Part shown: piece by piece, positions 9,264-18,627 of the stretch
Numbering within the stretch: the first letter of the stretch is position 1
How the letters are laid out: each line of letters begins with the position of its first letter
Assembly: GCA_963744305.1 (NCBI GenBank)
Contig: CAVUTF010000016.1
Coordinates: 4,459 to 68,458 of the forward strand
Origin: an uncultured Gammaproteobacteria bacterium
Lineage (GTDB): Bacteria > Pseudomonadota > Gammaproteobacteria > Steroidobacterales > Rariloculaceae
Length of the DNA stretch: 64,000 nt
Reading direction: 5' to 3'
Position numbers and translations under genes: made by a program
The notes under the pieces: generated by a model
Database searches by the model: none
Seen by the model: the letters and a program-made list of their open reading frames with translations, nothing else
What the model was told of the DNA's origin: nothing

Positions 9264-11455
9264 GTCCGCACCTCGCACGCTGGGTGCGGCAGGCCCGCGC
9301 GATGGGCGCGGCGCTCGCCGTCGCCGCGACGGCTGTAACCGACGTCAGCGCGCAGAACGCGCATCCCCACACGCCCGGCGTGAGCGGCGTCGCCGGCGGC
9401 GTGCCGTACTTCTGCGCGAGCCCCACGACGACGAGCACTACGAGCGGGGCCTGGTCGGATGCGCGGACCTGGTCGAACGGCCGCGTGCCGGGCCGCGACG
9501 ACAAGGTCGCGATTGCCTCGGGCCACACGGTCACCTATGGCATCACGGCCGACGTCGATCTCAACTGCATCGAAGTCGGCGGCACGCTCGCGTTCGCGAC
9601 CGACGTCGACACACGCATGCGCGTCGGCACGATCATGGTGCTCGAGAACGGCGCCCTCGAGCTTGGTACGGTGGCGCAGCCCATGCAGGCGGACGCCACG
9701 AGCGTCATCGAAATCGTCGACCGGCCCTTTCTCGACGTCGACCCGGAGCAGCTCGGCAACGGCATCGTCGTGTTGGGACGGCTGTCGGCGCACGGCGCCG
9801 TGAAGACGCCGACGTTCTTGCGGCTCGCCAAGGATGCGCGGGCCGGCGAACGCGCGCTCGAGCTGGAAGGCTCCGTCGACGGGTGGCGACCCGGCGATCA
9901 CCTCGTCGTGCCGGACACGCGACAGCTGCGAGCGGGACAGAACGGGCGCGACTACCAACCGCAGACCGAGGTCGTCGAACTAGAGTCCGTCACGGCGGCG
10001 AGCGTCCGGCTCACCGCACCGCTGCGCTACGATCACTCCGGCGCGCGCAACGGCGACGGCACGACGGCGTTCCTGCCGCATGTCGCGAATCTCAGCCGTA
10101 ACGTGATCGTGCGTTCCGAGAATCCGGACGGCGTGCGCGGGCATCTGATCTTCGTGTCGCGCGCCGACGTCGACGTTCGCTATGTCGAGCTCGACGAGCT
10201 CGGACGCACGAAGATGGGCATCCTCGACAACACGCGCATCGCCGCCGACGGCCGCGTGGTGAAGATCGGCACCAATCAGATCGGCCGTTACGCTCTGCAC
10301 TTCCACCACACGTTCGGGCCGCGCGCGACGCCGGCGAGCGGCTACCAGTTCATGGCCGTCGGCAACGCGATCAACGGCTCGACCAAATGGGGCATCGTGG
10401 TGCACAACAGTCACTACGGCCTCATTCAGGGCAATGTCGTCTTCAACACGCGCGGCGGCGGCATCGTGACCGAAGACGGCACCGAGAGCTTCAACGTGTT
10501 CGAGCGCAACTTCTCGCTGCTCACGGCCGGCTCGCGAGACGCGGCGCCCAACAACGGCTACAGCGCGACGCTGCCGAACCCCGGCGGCGAGGGGTCGGCG
10601 TTCTGGTTCCGCGGGCCCAACAACTACATCCGCAACAACGTCGCCGCCAACGCCGCCGAGTCCGGGTTCGGGCTGCCGGTCACGGCGCTGGGCGTTGTTC
10701 GGATTCCGCGGTTCAAAGGCGCCGACACGAGCCTCGAAGCGGAAACCGTGCCGCTCGATACGGACGCAGCGGAGGTGCCGGAGTTCGTAAACAACGAAGC
10801 CTACGGTGCGCTGCGCAACGGCGTGACGTGGGCCTGGAGCGGCCGCATCGGCGAGTTCAGGGTCTGGCATGCATCCGATCGCGGCGTGTCGGCGAATCCC
10901 ACCCAGCGCGTCACGGTCGACGGGTTGATTGCCGTCGGCGACGCGTCGGTGCTGACGAGCGCCGAGAACCATCCGGTCGGCGTGTGGGTCGGCAACTACG
11001 TGGCGCGAGAGGTCACGGTCGATCGCGCCGACATCGGCGGCCTACGCGTTGGCGTCGAGAGCCCATTCTTCTATGGCCGTCCCCGTGACGCCAAGCGCGA
11101 CGGAATGCTCACGATCGCGAACAGCACATTTCGCACGAACGTGGGTGTGTCGGTCGCGACCGGGTACGTCGATGACGCGCACGCGGGCGCGCCGACCAAG
11201 AAGGCCGTCGTGAGGAGCTCGGTCTTCGAACCGCTGCGCATCGCGGCGAGCCCCGTGCCAGCCGAAGCGATCTCGATGAACTACGGCATGGCTCCACGCG
11301 ACCCTTCCCCGCGTGAGCCGCTGCTCGTTTACGACTTCAACGAGCAGACCGGGCGCAGCTTCAAGGTCTACTACTCACTGCAGGCACCCGAAGCCGTGGC
11401 GCCCTGCCACGACACGGTGCCCACCATCGGCGGGTGGGTCTGCGACGTCGACTGA
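9260..11455 (+). CDS. G8-domain / right-handed parallel beta-helix protein, exported
   Basis: The GTG overlaps the cytochrome stop (GTGA). G8-like N-terminus WSDARTWSNGRVPGRDDKVAIASGHTVTY...IEVGGTLAF...LGNGIVVLGRLSAHG, then beta-helix repeats (NSHYGLIQGNVVFNTRGGGIVTEDG...). Confidence 0.7.
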   Translation: MSPHLARWVRQARAMGAALAVAATAVTDVSAQNAHPHTPGVSGVAGGVPYFCASPTTTSTTSGAWSDARTWSNGRVPGRDDKVAIASGHTVTYGITADVDLNCIEVGGTLAFATDVDTRMRVGTIMVLENGALELGTVAQPMQADATSVIEIVDRPFLDVDPEQLGNGIVVLGRLSAHGAVKTPTFLRLAKDARAGERALELEGSVDGWRPGDHLVVPDTRQLRAGQNGRDYQPQTEVVELESVTAASVRLTAPLRYDHSGARNGDGTTAFLPHVANLSRNVIVRSENPDGVRGHLIFVSRADVDVRYVELDELGRTKMGILDNTRIAADGRVVKIGTNQIGRYALHFHHTFGPRATPASGYQFMAVGNAINGSTKWGIVVHNSHYGLIQGNVVFNTRGGGIVTEDGTESFNVFERNFSLLTAGSRDAAPNNGYSATLPNPGGEGSAFWFRGPNNYIRNNVAANAAESGFGLPVTALGVVRIPRFKGADTSLEAETVPLDTDAAEVPEFVNNEAYGALRNGVTWAWSGRIGEFRVWHASDRGVSANPTQRVTVDGLIAVGDASVLTSAENHPVGVWVGNYVAREVTVDRADIGGLRVGVESPFFYGRPRDAKRDGMLTIANSTFRTNVGVSVATGYVDDAHAGAPTKKAVVRSSVFEPLRIAASPVPAEAISMNYGMAPRDPSPREPLLVYDFNEQTGRSFKVYYSLQAPEAVAPCHDTVPTIGGWVCDVD

Positions 11456-11569
11456 CTGTTGAGCGCCGCTTTCATCCGCGCTATCCGCCGGCGAACGTGT
11501 GCACGCCGTGCGTAGCGAGCGCTAAACTGCGTCAGAGCGAATTGCCGACTCGGGGATCCGGGGGGAGCC

Positions 11570-12619
11570 ATGCATTCGACAGCGACGTTGATGTGTCTCG
11601 TCACCGCGGGCCTTGTGAGCCACGCGTCTCTTGTGTCCGCGCACCACTCGCGGGCGAACTTTCAGCTCGACAAGCTCGTTGAGCTCAGCGGCGTCGTCAC
11701 CGACGTCAAGTGGGCCAATCCACACGTGTACTTCGAGATGAAGCTCGAGGACGGCGAGACCTGGCTGATCGAGGGACATTCTGTTCCGGGTGCTTTGGGG
11801 CTCGGCTGGACTCGGGACACCCTCAAAGTCGGAGACCAGATTCGAATCGGCGCCAATCCCAATCGGAATACTGACAAGGAGTTCGCGCTGCTCCAGTGGG
11901 TGGTCGCAGCCGACGGCCTTGTGTACCCCGCGTTTTCGAGCCGGCAGATCCCAGCGGGGCTACTGGCCGCAGCGAGCGCTGGAGCGACGAGGAGCGACGA
12001 GCCTGCCGTGCAGCCCTCCACGGATTTCTCCGGCGTTTGGGAGGTGGACCTGCGCGGCGTCAATCTCACTACCGGAGTCTTCGATCCGGAGCCGGGCGTG
12101 CCTCTGACCGCCATCGGAGAGGAACAGGTCGCCCGTTTCGACGCCGACGAGAACCCTAGTTTCCAATGTATTACGAGTGGCATACCGTTCACGGGACCTT
12201 ACGGCCTGAAATTCACGCGCTACGACAACCGGCTCGTGATGGAAAAGGAGCACCAGGACGTGCGGGTCACCGTCTGGCTGAACGAGCCACCCGCAACTCC
12301 CCCGCCGCCGAGCCATCTCGGCTTCTCGGTCGGACGCCTAGAAGGTGATGACACACTGGTGTTCGAGACGACGCGTTTCACGCCTGCCAAATGGGGCATC
12401 TCCCGCGGTGTGGACTCGAGCGATATGAAGCACATCAAGGCCCGATTCGAGCTCCAGCCAGGGGGCCTTGCCATCGACTTCACGTACGAGATCACCGATC
12501 CGGTGTATCTGACGGCACCGCTGATCCGTACGGGCGTGCTGTTGAAGAAACCAGACCGCGAATTCATCGACGAACCTTGTGATCCGGCGATTAGCTCGTT
12601 GCATTTGAGCCAAGAATGA
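11570..12619 (+). CDS. fused HHS-NPH + GDTLV-domain exported protein, module 2
   Basis: ATG 11570 (GGGGGAG SD) with signal peptide ending ..SLVSA then HHSRAN and WANPH. After a linker come TDFSGVWEV, SFQCITSGIP, GRLEGDDTLVFETT, EITDPVYLTAPL, DEPCDP. Confidence 0.8.
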   Translation: MHSTATLMCLVTAGLVSHASLVSAHHSRANFQLDKLVELSGVVTDVKWANPHVYFEMKLEDGETWLIEGHSVPGALGLGWTRDTLKVGDQIRIGANPNRNTDKEFALLQWVVAADGLVYPAFSSRQIPAGLLAAASAGATRSDEPAVQPSTDFSGVWEVDLRGVNLTTGVFDPEPGVPLTAIGEEQVARFDADENPSFQCITSGIPFTGPYGLKFTRYDNRLVMEKEHQDVRVTVWLNEPPATPPPPSHLGFSVGRLEGDDTLVFETTRFTPAKWGISRGVDSSDMKHIKARFELQPGGLAIDFTYEITDPVYLTAPLIRTGVLLKKPDREFIDEPCDPAISSLHLSQE

Positions 12620-12635
12620 CTCGTCGAACGCAGGG

Positions 12636-13788
12636 TCAAAGCAGGGCAGCGAGCCGATGAAACTCGCGTCGCAGCATGCGGATGCGATCGTCGTTGCGGG
12701 TCGGATGCACACGGTTGCTGAGCAGCACGTAGATGGCCCGCGTCGGCGGATCGATCCACAAGCTCGTGCCCGTGAACCCGAGGTGGCCGAACGCGCGGCT
12801 CGACAGCGCGTGCCCGGTGGCGCCGCTGCCATCGGGACTCGGACCGTCGAAGCCGAGCCTGCGCGTTGAGCCGGGCACGGCCGAGGGTGTCGTGAAGGCG
12901 GTGATCACCGTCATGCTCGCATCGACGTCGAGCAGCGGTAGCGGCCCGTCGAGCCAAGCGCGCGCGAGCGCCAGCACGCCTGTCGCCGTGCCGAATAAGC
13001 CGGCATGCCCGGCGACGCCGCCCATCACGAGGCAGTTGTCGTCGTGCACGAGGCCGCGCGCGGTAGCCTGGCCGGCTCGCTCGCGAAGCGCATACCAGTG
13101 CGGCGGCGCGCCGTCGTGCAGGCTCGCGTCGTAGACTTCGGTCGCGGCGACCTCGCCGGAAGGTAAGGGCACGAGAGCCGGAAAGCCGAGCTCGCGCGCA
13201 AGCCCGAGCGGTCGCGCGACGCGATCCATGAACAGCTGATCGAGGCGTGCGCCACCGAGCTGCTCGAGCCATGCACCAAGCAGCAGGAAGCCGAGATCGG
13301 AGTAGATCGCCTGCGTGCCCGGCGGCGCCGCCAAGGGCACGCGCCGCGCCGCGGCGATGAGCTCGTCGCGCGCCCCGATGTCGAGCCACCAGGGTTCATA
13401 AAAGAATTCGCGGTGAGCCACGAGCCCGCTTGCGTGCTCGAGCAAGTCGCGCAACGTCGGCCGGTAGCGCTCGACTTGGCCCATTGCGGTCGGTACGTCT
13501 AGCGCGAGGGAGGCCGGCAGCCGATCGTCGAGCGCGAGCCGTCCAAGCCCGACTGCTTGGGCGGTCTAGTGTCGTGGTCGCGAGTACCTTGGTCAGCGAC
13601 GCGAGGTCATAGCGAGTCGCGAGCGAGACCGGCTCGAGCTCGGCGTGCGCGACGCCGTGCCGCGCGAGCCACCCGTGCGCACCTGCGTAGCGCAGCTCGC
13701 CGTCGCGCCACACGAGCGCCACACAGCCGGGTGCGATCTCGGCCGCGATCGCTTCGCGCAGCAGCTCGTCGAGTGTGTCGGCGCTCAC
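12636..13788 (-). CDS. beta-lactamase-related serine hydrolase (class C/EstB-like); apparent frameshift near 13565
   Basis: The N-terminal part lies in the frame of track ORF 13396..14640 (..YDLASLTKVLATTTL, an SxxK motif). It continues as AQAVGLGRLALDDRLPASLALDVPTAMGQVERYRPTLRDLLEH in track ORF 12636..13484 (YSDLGF, GHLGFTGTS). The start at GTG 13788 is tentative. Confidence 0.75.
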
Positions 13789-14259
13789 GCGGCGAGCTTG
13801 CCGAAGCGGGGCGGCGCTGGCTAGTTCGCCGACGACGTTTCTCGTTCGCAGCGCTGTGGGACGCGCGGCTGCGGTTGGACCGGTTGAATCAGTTGTAGTC
13901 GATCTGCATCCAGCGCGCGAGCCGCTCGGCGGGCAACACAAGTGCGGGACCGGCCACGCGAACGCCGCGAGCACCCCTGCTCGAGTATGTTCTGCGTAAC
14001 GCGCAGATTTCTCCACGAATCGGCCGTCGGCCGGCGACGCAGCTCTGGCGGCCGACGCCTCAGGGCTCGTCGCCGAACCGCCTCGTGCACCTGCAGCAGC
14101 GTGAGCCCAGTGAAGGTCCCGAGGTGGTTCTCGCATGTGGCCCGGCAGGCTACCTTCGCGTACCCTACCGCGAGCCCCCGGCGCCGACGCTGCTTCACTA
14201 GACTCGTGAAACCGGCAGGGGAGTCGGCCCCGCTGGCGGTCGAGGAGTCGCAATGCGGC

Positions 14260-15240
14260 TTGTCGTTTGGAGTGCCGTTGCTGGCCGCGTTGGCCCTCAA
14301 CGCCCCCGTCACGACCTTCGCTCACCATTCGGTCGCGTACTATTCGACCGAGATGATCGAGCTCGAGGGCGAGATCACGAAGATCGAATGGCAAAATCCG
14401 CACATCCGATTTGAGTTGCGCGCCGTCGATAGCGACGGTGCCGGAAAGACATGGCGGCTCGAAGCCAGCGCGATCTTCTTGCGCGAGAAAGAGGGTGTGA
14501 CGCGCGACCTCTTTCATGTTGGCGACGCGGTGAAAGTGTACGGACGTCCGGGGCGCCAAGATTCGTCCGCCTTGCTCGTGACGAATATGCTGCTTCCGGA
14601 CGGCCGAGAGGCACCGCTTTGGCCGAACACGACCGCGCACTTTGTGACGCTAGACAAATGGATCACCGCGAAGCCGCAGCTTGTTGAAGCGGCCGCGGAA
14701 AATCGAGGACTCTTCAGGGTATGGCGGCCGAACGGGGCTTCGCTCGCGGCGCTACCTTATACGGACACGGCGGTGGCTGCTCGCAAGTCGTTCGACCTGC
14801 TCGCTGCTGCCGGACGCTGCGGCCCGGAAGGTATGCCGCGGATCATGATCACGCTGTTCCCCTATGAGTTCGTTGACCGCGGCAACGAGATCTTGGTACG
14901 CGCGCAGCTATACGACACTGAGCGCGTCATTCATATGGATCGCACCGCGCCGCCGCCGGGTGAGCCTCATTCCGTGCTTGGTTACTCCGTGGGAGAATGG
15001 CGTGACGGCGTGCTGGTGATCAAGACGAGCCTCGTTAACTGGCCATATTTCGATCAGATCGGTACGCCGTTGAGCCCGGACGTGCAGATCGAGGAGCGCT
15101 ACACCGTGAGCGACGATCAGACTCGGCTTGATGTCGAAATCACGGCTACCGATCCGAGCACATTCACGGAGCCCGCGATCATCCAGAACTCGTGGTTGGC
15201 TTACGGCGACACGATTCAGCGCTACGAGTGCGTTAGATGA
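14260..15240 (+). CDS. fused HHS-NPH + GDTLV-domain exported protein, module 3
   Basis: ..LLAALALNAPVTTFA then HHSVAY and WQNPH; C-half AAGRCGPEGMPRIM, GYSVGEWRDGVLVIKTS, ITATDPSTFTEPA, QRYECV. The start is uncertain: in-frame TTG 14260 or GTG 14272, while an ATG at 14253 with a perfect GAGGAG SD is out of frame, hinting at another indel. Confidence 0.7.
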   Translation: MSFGVPLLAALALNAPVTTFAHHSVAYYSTEMIELEGEITKIEWQNPHIRFELRAVDSDGAGKTWRLEASAIFLREKEGVTRDLFHVGDAVKVYGRPGRQDSSALLVTNMLLPDGREAPLWPNTTAHFVTLDKWITAKPQLVEAAAENRGLFRVWRPNGASLAALPYTDTAVAARKSFDLLAAAGRCGPEGMPRIMITLFPYEFVDRGNEILVRAQLYDTERVIHMDRTAPPPGEPHSVLGYSVGEWRDGVLVIKTSLVNWPYFDQIGTPLSPDVQIEERYTVSDDQTRLDVEITATDPSTFTEPAIIQNSWLAYGDTIQRYECVR

Positions 15241-15458
15241 TGGTGCCGACTGCGGCGATCGTTACACACGCGCCGCGAAACGCACCATGCGGGTAAGACA
15301 GCGTCAGCGCAGAGCGCTGACGCGATCGAGGTAATCAGCGCCGTAACGCCTCCGGAGGCCGGCTAGATGTCGTTGGTCCGCGTGTCTTCGGAACGTGTTT
15401 AGCCGGGCGGGCCTGCGAAGTGAACCTCGCTGCACCCCGCATGCAGGAAACGCGAGTA

Positions 15459-15728
15459 TTACCGTGAGGTTCCGTGGTACTCACCGAGCAGGCAATGAGC
15501 GAGCTCGTGGCCGAGGTAAGTTGTTCGGCTGTCGTTAACGACCTGCGGGCGCTCTGCAAAAATCAAGCAAACCCACTCGCCGTTTCGCTTGCCCAGGACT
15601 GAGAAGCTCTTCACGCCATCGTCCCGTCGATAGGGGCCGAGGCGCGGGCCCGCCTGGGAGCGCTGAAGACGAGACTCGTAGCGCTTTCTGATCTCGGCGA
15701 GCTCCAGGCTGTCGGCGACCCAAGTCAC
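15459..15728 (-). CDS. short HExxH metallopeptidase-like ORF (possible gene fragment)
   Basis: 89 aa ending ..YLGHELAHCLLGEYHGTSR, with the HELAH zinc-binding motif close to the stop. No partner gene, and it lies in an 830-bp poorly coding stretch. Confidence 0.3.
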   Translation of the reverse strand: MTWVADSLELAEIRKRYESRLQRSQAGPRLGPYRRDDGVKSFSVLGKRNGEWVCLIFAERPQVVNDSRTTYLGHELAHCLLGEYHGTSR

Positions 15729-16070
15729 CTCAACGAGAACCGCGGAGAGATCGAGGGTGGGCTCGATGCAGCTCGGCCGCCATCGAGGCGGCGTTCGACA
15801 AGATCAATAGGCCCGCGAGAATACGGCTCCGCGCATGTCTGCGTGGCGGGATCACGTGGGCGATCCGGATCGAGGGTCGGCAGGTTTGTCGATTTCGTCT
15901 CGAAGCCACGTCGTCGTTACCGGGTGTCTACTCTCTTGGTCGATGGACGGGCCGGAGAAACGAGGTCTTCGGGCGGAACACCACCGTAGAGAAGGTCCCC
16001 TCAAAAAACATGGTCGTACGCTAAGATGATCTAAGACGGTCTCAGATCTCCTCGAGCAAGGGGGCGACGA

Positions 16071-18061
16071 GTGGACGAACGGCCCGTGATCTATCGTTTT
16101 GGTCGATTCGAGCTCGACGGTGGGCGCCGATCGTTGCGATCCACCGAGCCCGACAGAGCGGTCGCGCTGAGCGGCAAACCCTTCGATACCTTGCTTTATC
16201 TCGTCGAGCACCGCGGGCGGCTCGTCGGGAAGCGAGAGCTGCTCGAGGCGGTGTGGTCGAGCGTGGTCGTCGAGGAGGCCAATCTCGCCCAGACGATTTC
16301 GGTGCTCCGGCGCGCGCTGGAAGACGACGCCCGAGCGCATGTATACATCGCGACCATCGCAGGGCGCGGGTATCAATTCATAGCTCCCGTTGAAGTCGTA
16401 GCGTCGGAGTCGCCCGGCCCGGCTAGCGCGGCGCCGACTGTCGCTTCGCCGGAGTCGGATGCGGGGGCACGCTCGACGGCCGAGGCCGCGTATGCCAGCC
16501 GGAGCGATGCGCGACTGCACGTCGAGAGGTTGCGTCTCGCCGTGGTGGTCGCGTTGGTTGTCGTCGTTTTCGCTATCGGCGCAGGACGGTGGGTCTTCAA
16601 CGGCGGCGATGAGGGCGCGCGAGAGACTGCGTCCCGCTTGCCAAACTCCGTTGCCGTGCTGCCCTTCGAGGACCTGAGCCCGGATCCCGGCGACGCGTCC
16701 TTGGTGTTAGGAATTCAACAAGAAATCATCTGGCGACTGCAAAAGATCGAAGATCTCACTGTGATTCCGTGGAGCGCGGTCAGGCGTTACGCAGACACAC
16801 AAGCGCCTCTTCCGGAGATCGCCGCCGAGCTTCGTGTCGAAGCAGTTTTGCATGGCTCGATCCGCTACGCGGACGAGAGCGTCAAAGTCGTGCTTGAGTT
16901 GATTGACGGCCAAACCGGCGCGCTCCTCTGGACCGATCGGCACGACGGCGATCTGCTCGATACGTCAGACTTTCAGTCCAAAGTCGCAAGCACGATTGCC
17001 GATGAACTAGGTGCGAAGCTGCTGCCAACCGAGCGCGAAAGCATCGCGACTCGCCTGACAGAAAGTCCGGCGGCCTATGCGTACTACCTCAAAGCTGTCG
17101 CCGCCCTAAACGAGAGATCGTTGGACGAAAGTCTTCACTACCTCGATCGGGCGATTGCCCAAGACGCCGAGTTCCCCGCAGCCCACGGTCTCAGGGCGAT
17201 GAACCTGGCGTGGAGTCGTGATCACCACGACGCGCGTGGCCCTAGCGAGCTCGAGGACGTGCGTCCGCGGAGCAGGAGGCTCTGGCAGCCGCGACCAAAG
17301 CATTGAACGGGGATGAGAGCGTAAGCTCGGCGTGGGTGGCGCGAGCCAACCTTCATTTATTTCATTGGCGATGGAAACAGGCCGGCGAGGCTTACGAGAA
17401 GTCGATGGTGTTGGGCGCCAAGGATGCGAACACGTTGGTGCAATGCGCCGGCGTCCATTTCATCATCGGGAATCACGAAAAGGCTGTCGCGGTGTTTCGA
17501 CAAGCGATCGCCGTGGATCGCAACAGAGCCGATCTTCACTATTCGCTCGGGTTTGTGTTGGGCCTACTCGGTCGCCACGATGAACAGCTGGCGGCGTATC
17601 GTAGGGCATTCGAATTGGACCCCACATCCCCACTATTTCAGCGCGCCATTGGCGTCGCCCAACTGCGTCTCCAGCATGTTCGCGAAGCGGAGAAAGCGTT
17701 TCGCGACGCGGAGCATCTGATGGAAGGCTATCCGGGGCGGGAAATATGGTTACCCGGCCTCGCCTACGGCTACGCGATGTTGGACATGGACGACGACGCG
17801 GTGCGCCTGGCTAGGGAATACCTGTCAGGGGAGAACCGTTCCGGTGGCGCCGGCGACCGGGCCTTGGCTCACCTTGCGATGCGCGAACAAGGGAAAGAGC
17901 AGGCGCTCGCGGAGCTGAACGCGGCTGTTACGAAAATAGAGGCCGAAGAGCTTGACGCCGGATGGTGGGGATTGGTCGGCATCAAGTACAACTATCTCGG
18001 CGATCCCATGCTCGATCAACCGCAGTTCCGCGATTTGCGGGAGCGTATTCGCGGCCGTTGA
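16071..18061 (+). CDS. membrane-anchored winged-helix (OmpR/CadC-type) transcriptional regulator with periplasmic TolB-N-like and TPR domains; apparent frameshift near 17255
   Basis: GTG 16071 gives YRFGRFELD..SGKPFDTLLYLVEHRGRLVGKRELLEAVWS..IAGRGYQF. It has a TM helix LAVVVALVVVVFAIGAG and NSVAVLPFEDLS.., and TPR repeats continue in track ORF 17303..18061. Confidence 0.75.
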
Positions 18062-18550
18062 GCCGGAAGGCGCCCGCTAATCGGGGTTCCGTAGCCGCGT
18101 GCACTTCACCCCGGCGATCGCCCCAGGGGCTGGCGCGCCGCGCCGCCACGCGCCCGCCGGCGTTTTTCGGCGGCGCGGACTCGAATCGCGGGGCGCGATG
18201 GTCGAACTTGGCGCGTTGGTTCGAGGGAACCGAGAGACGCTTAATCGAGCACGTCGAAAGGTCTTGGAAGTGGAGTAGGGTGTCCGCCAGCACCCCGGAA
18301 CACCGCATAACTTCGCGGCATCATTTCAAGCGAATTGGAGGACAAATATACGCTACTACCTAATCGTTATCGAAACAGCGGTAACTTTTAATCCATTGGT
18401 CAGCTGGTTCAGACTCCAGCACGGCCCACCAATTCACACAGAAATTGTGCCAGTCAGCGCTAGAACGGGTGCCCCGCTTGACAGAAGGTCAGCACGCGCC
18501 CGCTCCTGCGGCGTGCAGCGAGGCCGTGCTTCGTCTGCGGGCTCACGTCC

Positions 18551-18591
18551 TAGCTGTAACCTAGTGGAACGGCTAAGGTATTAGCTGTAAC
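18551..18591. promoter_or_regulatory. two 10-bp direct repeats TAGCTGTAAC, 31 bp apart, upstream of the Kelch lipoprotein gene
   Basis: Exact copies at 18551-18560 and 18582-18591 in an AT-richer intergenic region, with a degenerate third copy cAGCgGTAAC at 18376-18385. Function is inferred only. Confidence 0.3.
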
Positions 18592-18627
18592 TCCTTAACA
18601 ATAATTCTAATTGCGGGGGCTGGCACC

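Noticed and set aside
13789-14259. 470-bp gap between the serine hydrolase and module 3, with several overlapping 70-160-aa track ORFs
   Set aside because: None of the frames gives a recognisable or compositionally convincing protein. Because of the indel problem a small gene could be hidden here, but I cannot support one.
18403-18431. tRNA 3'-end-like sequence GCTGGTTCAGACTCCAGCACGGCCCACCA (possible att site or tRNA fragment)
   Set aside because: The T-loop would be 8 nt and lacks the conserved A58 pattern. No matching 5' acceptor strand, anticodon arm or integrase lies nearby. It is probably coincidental.
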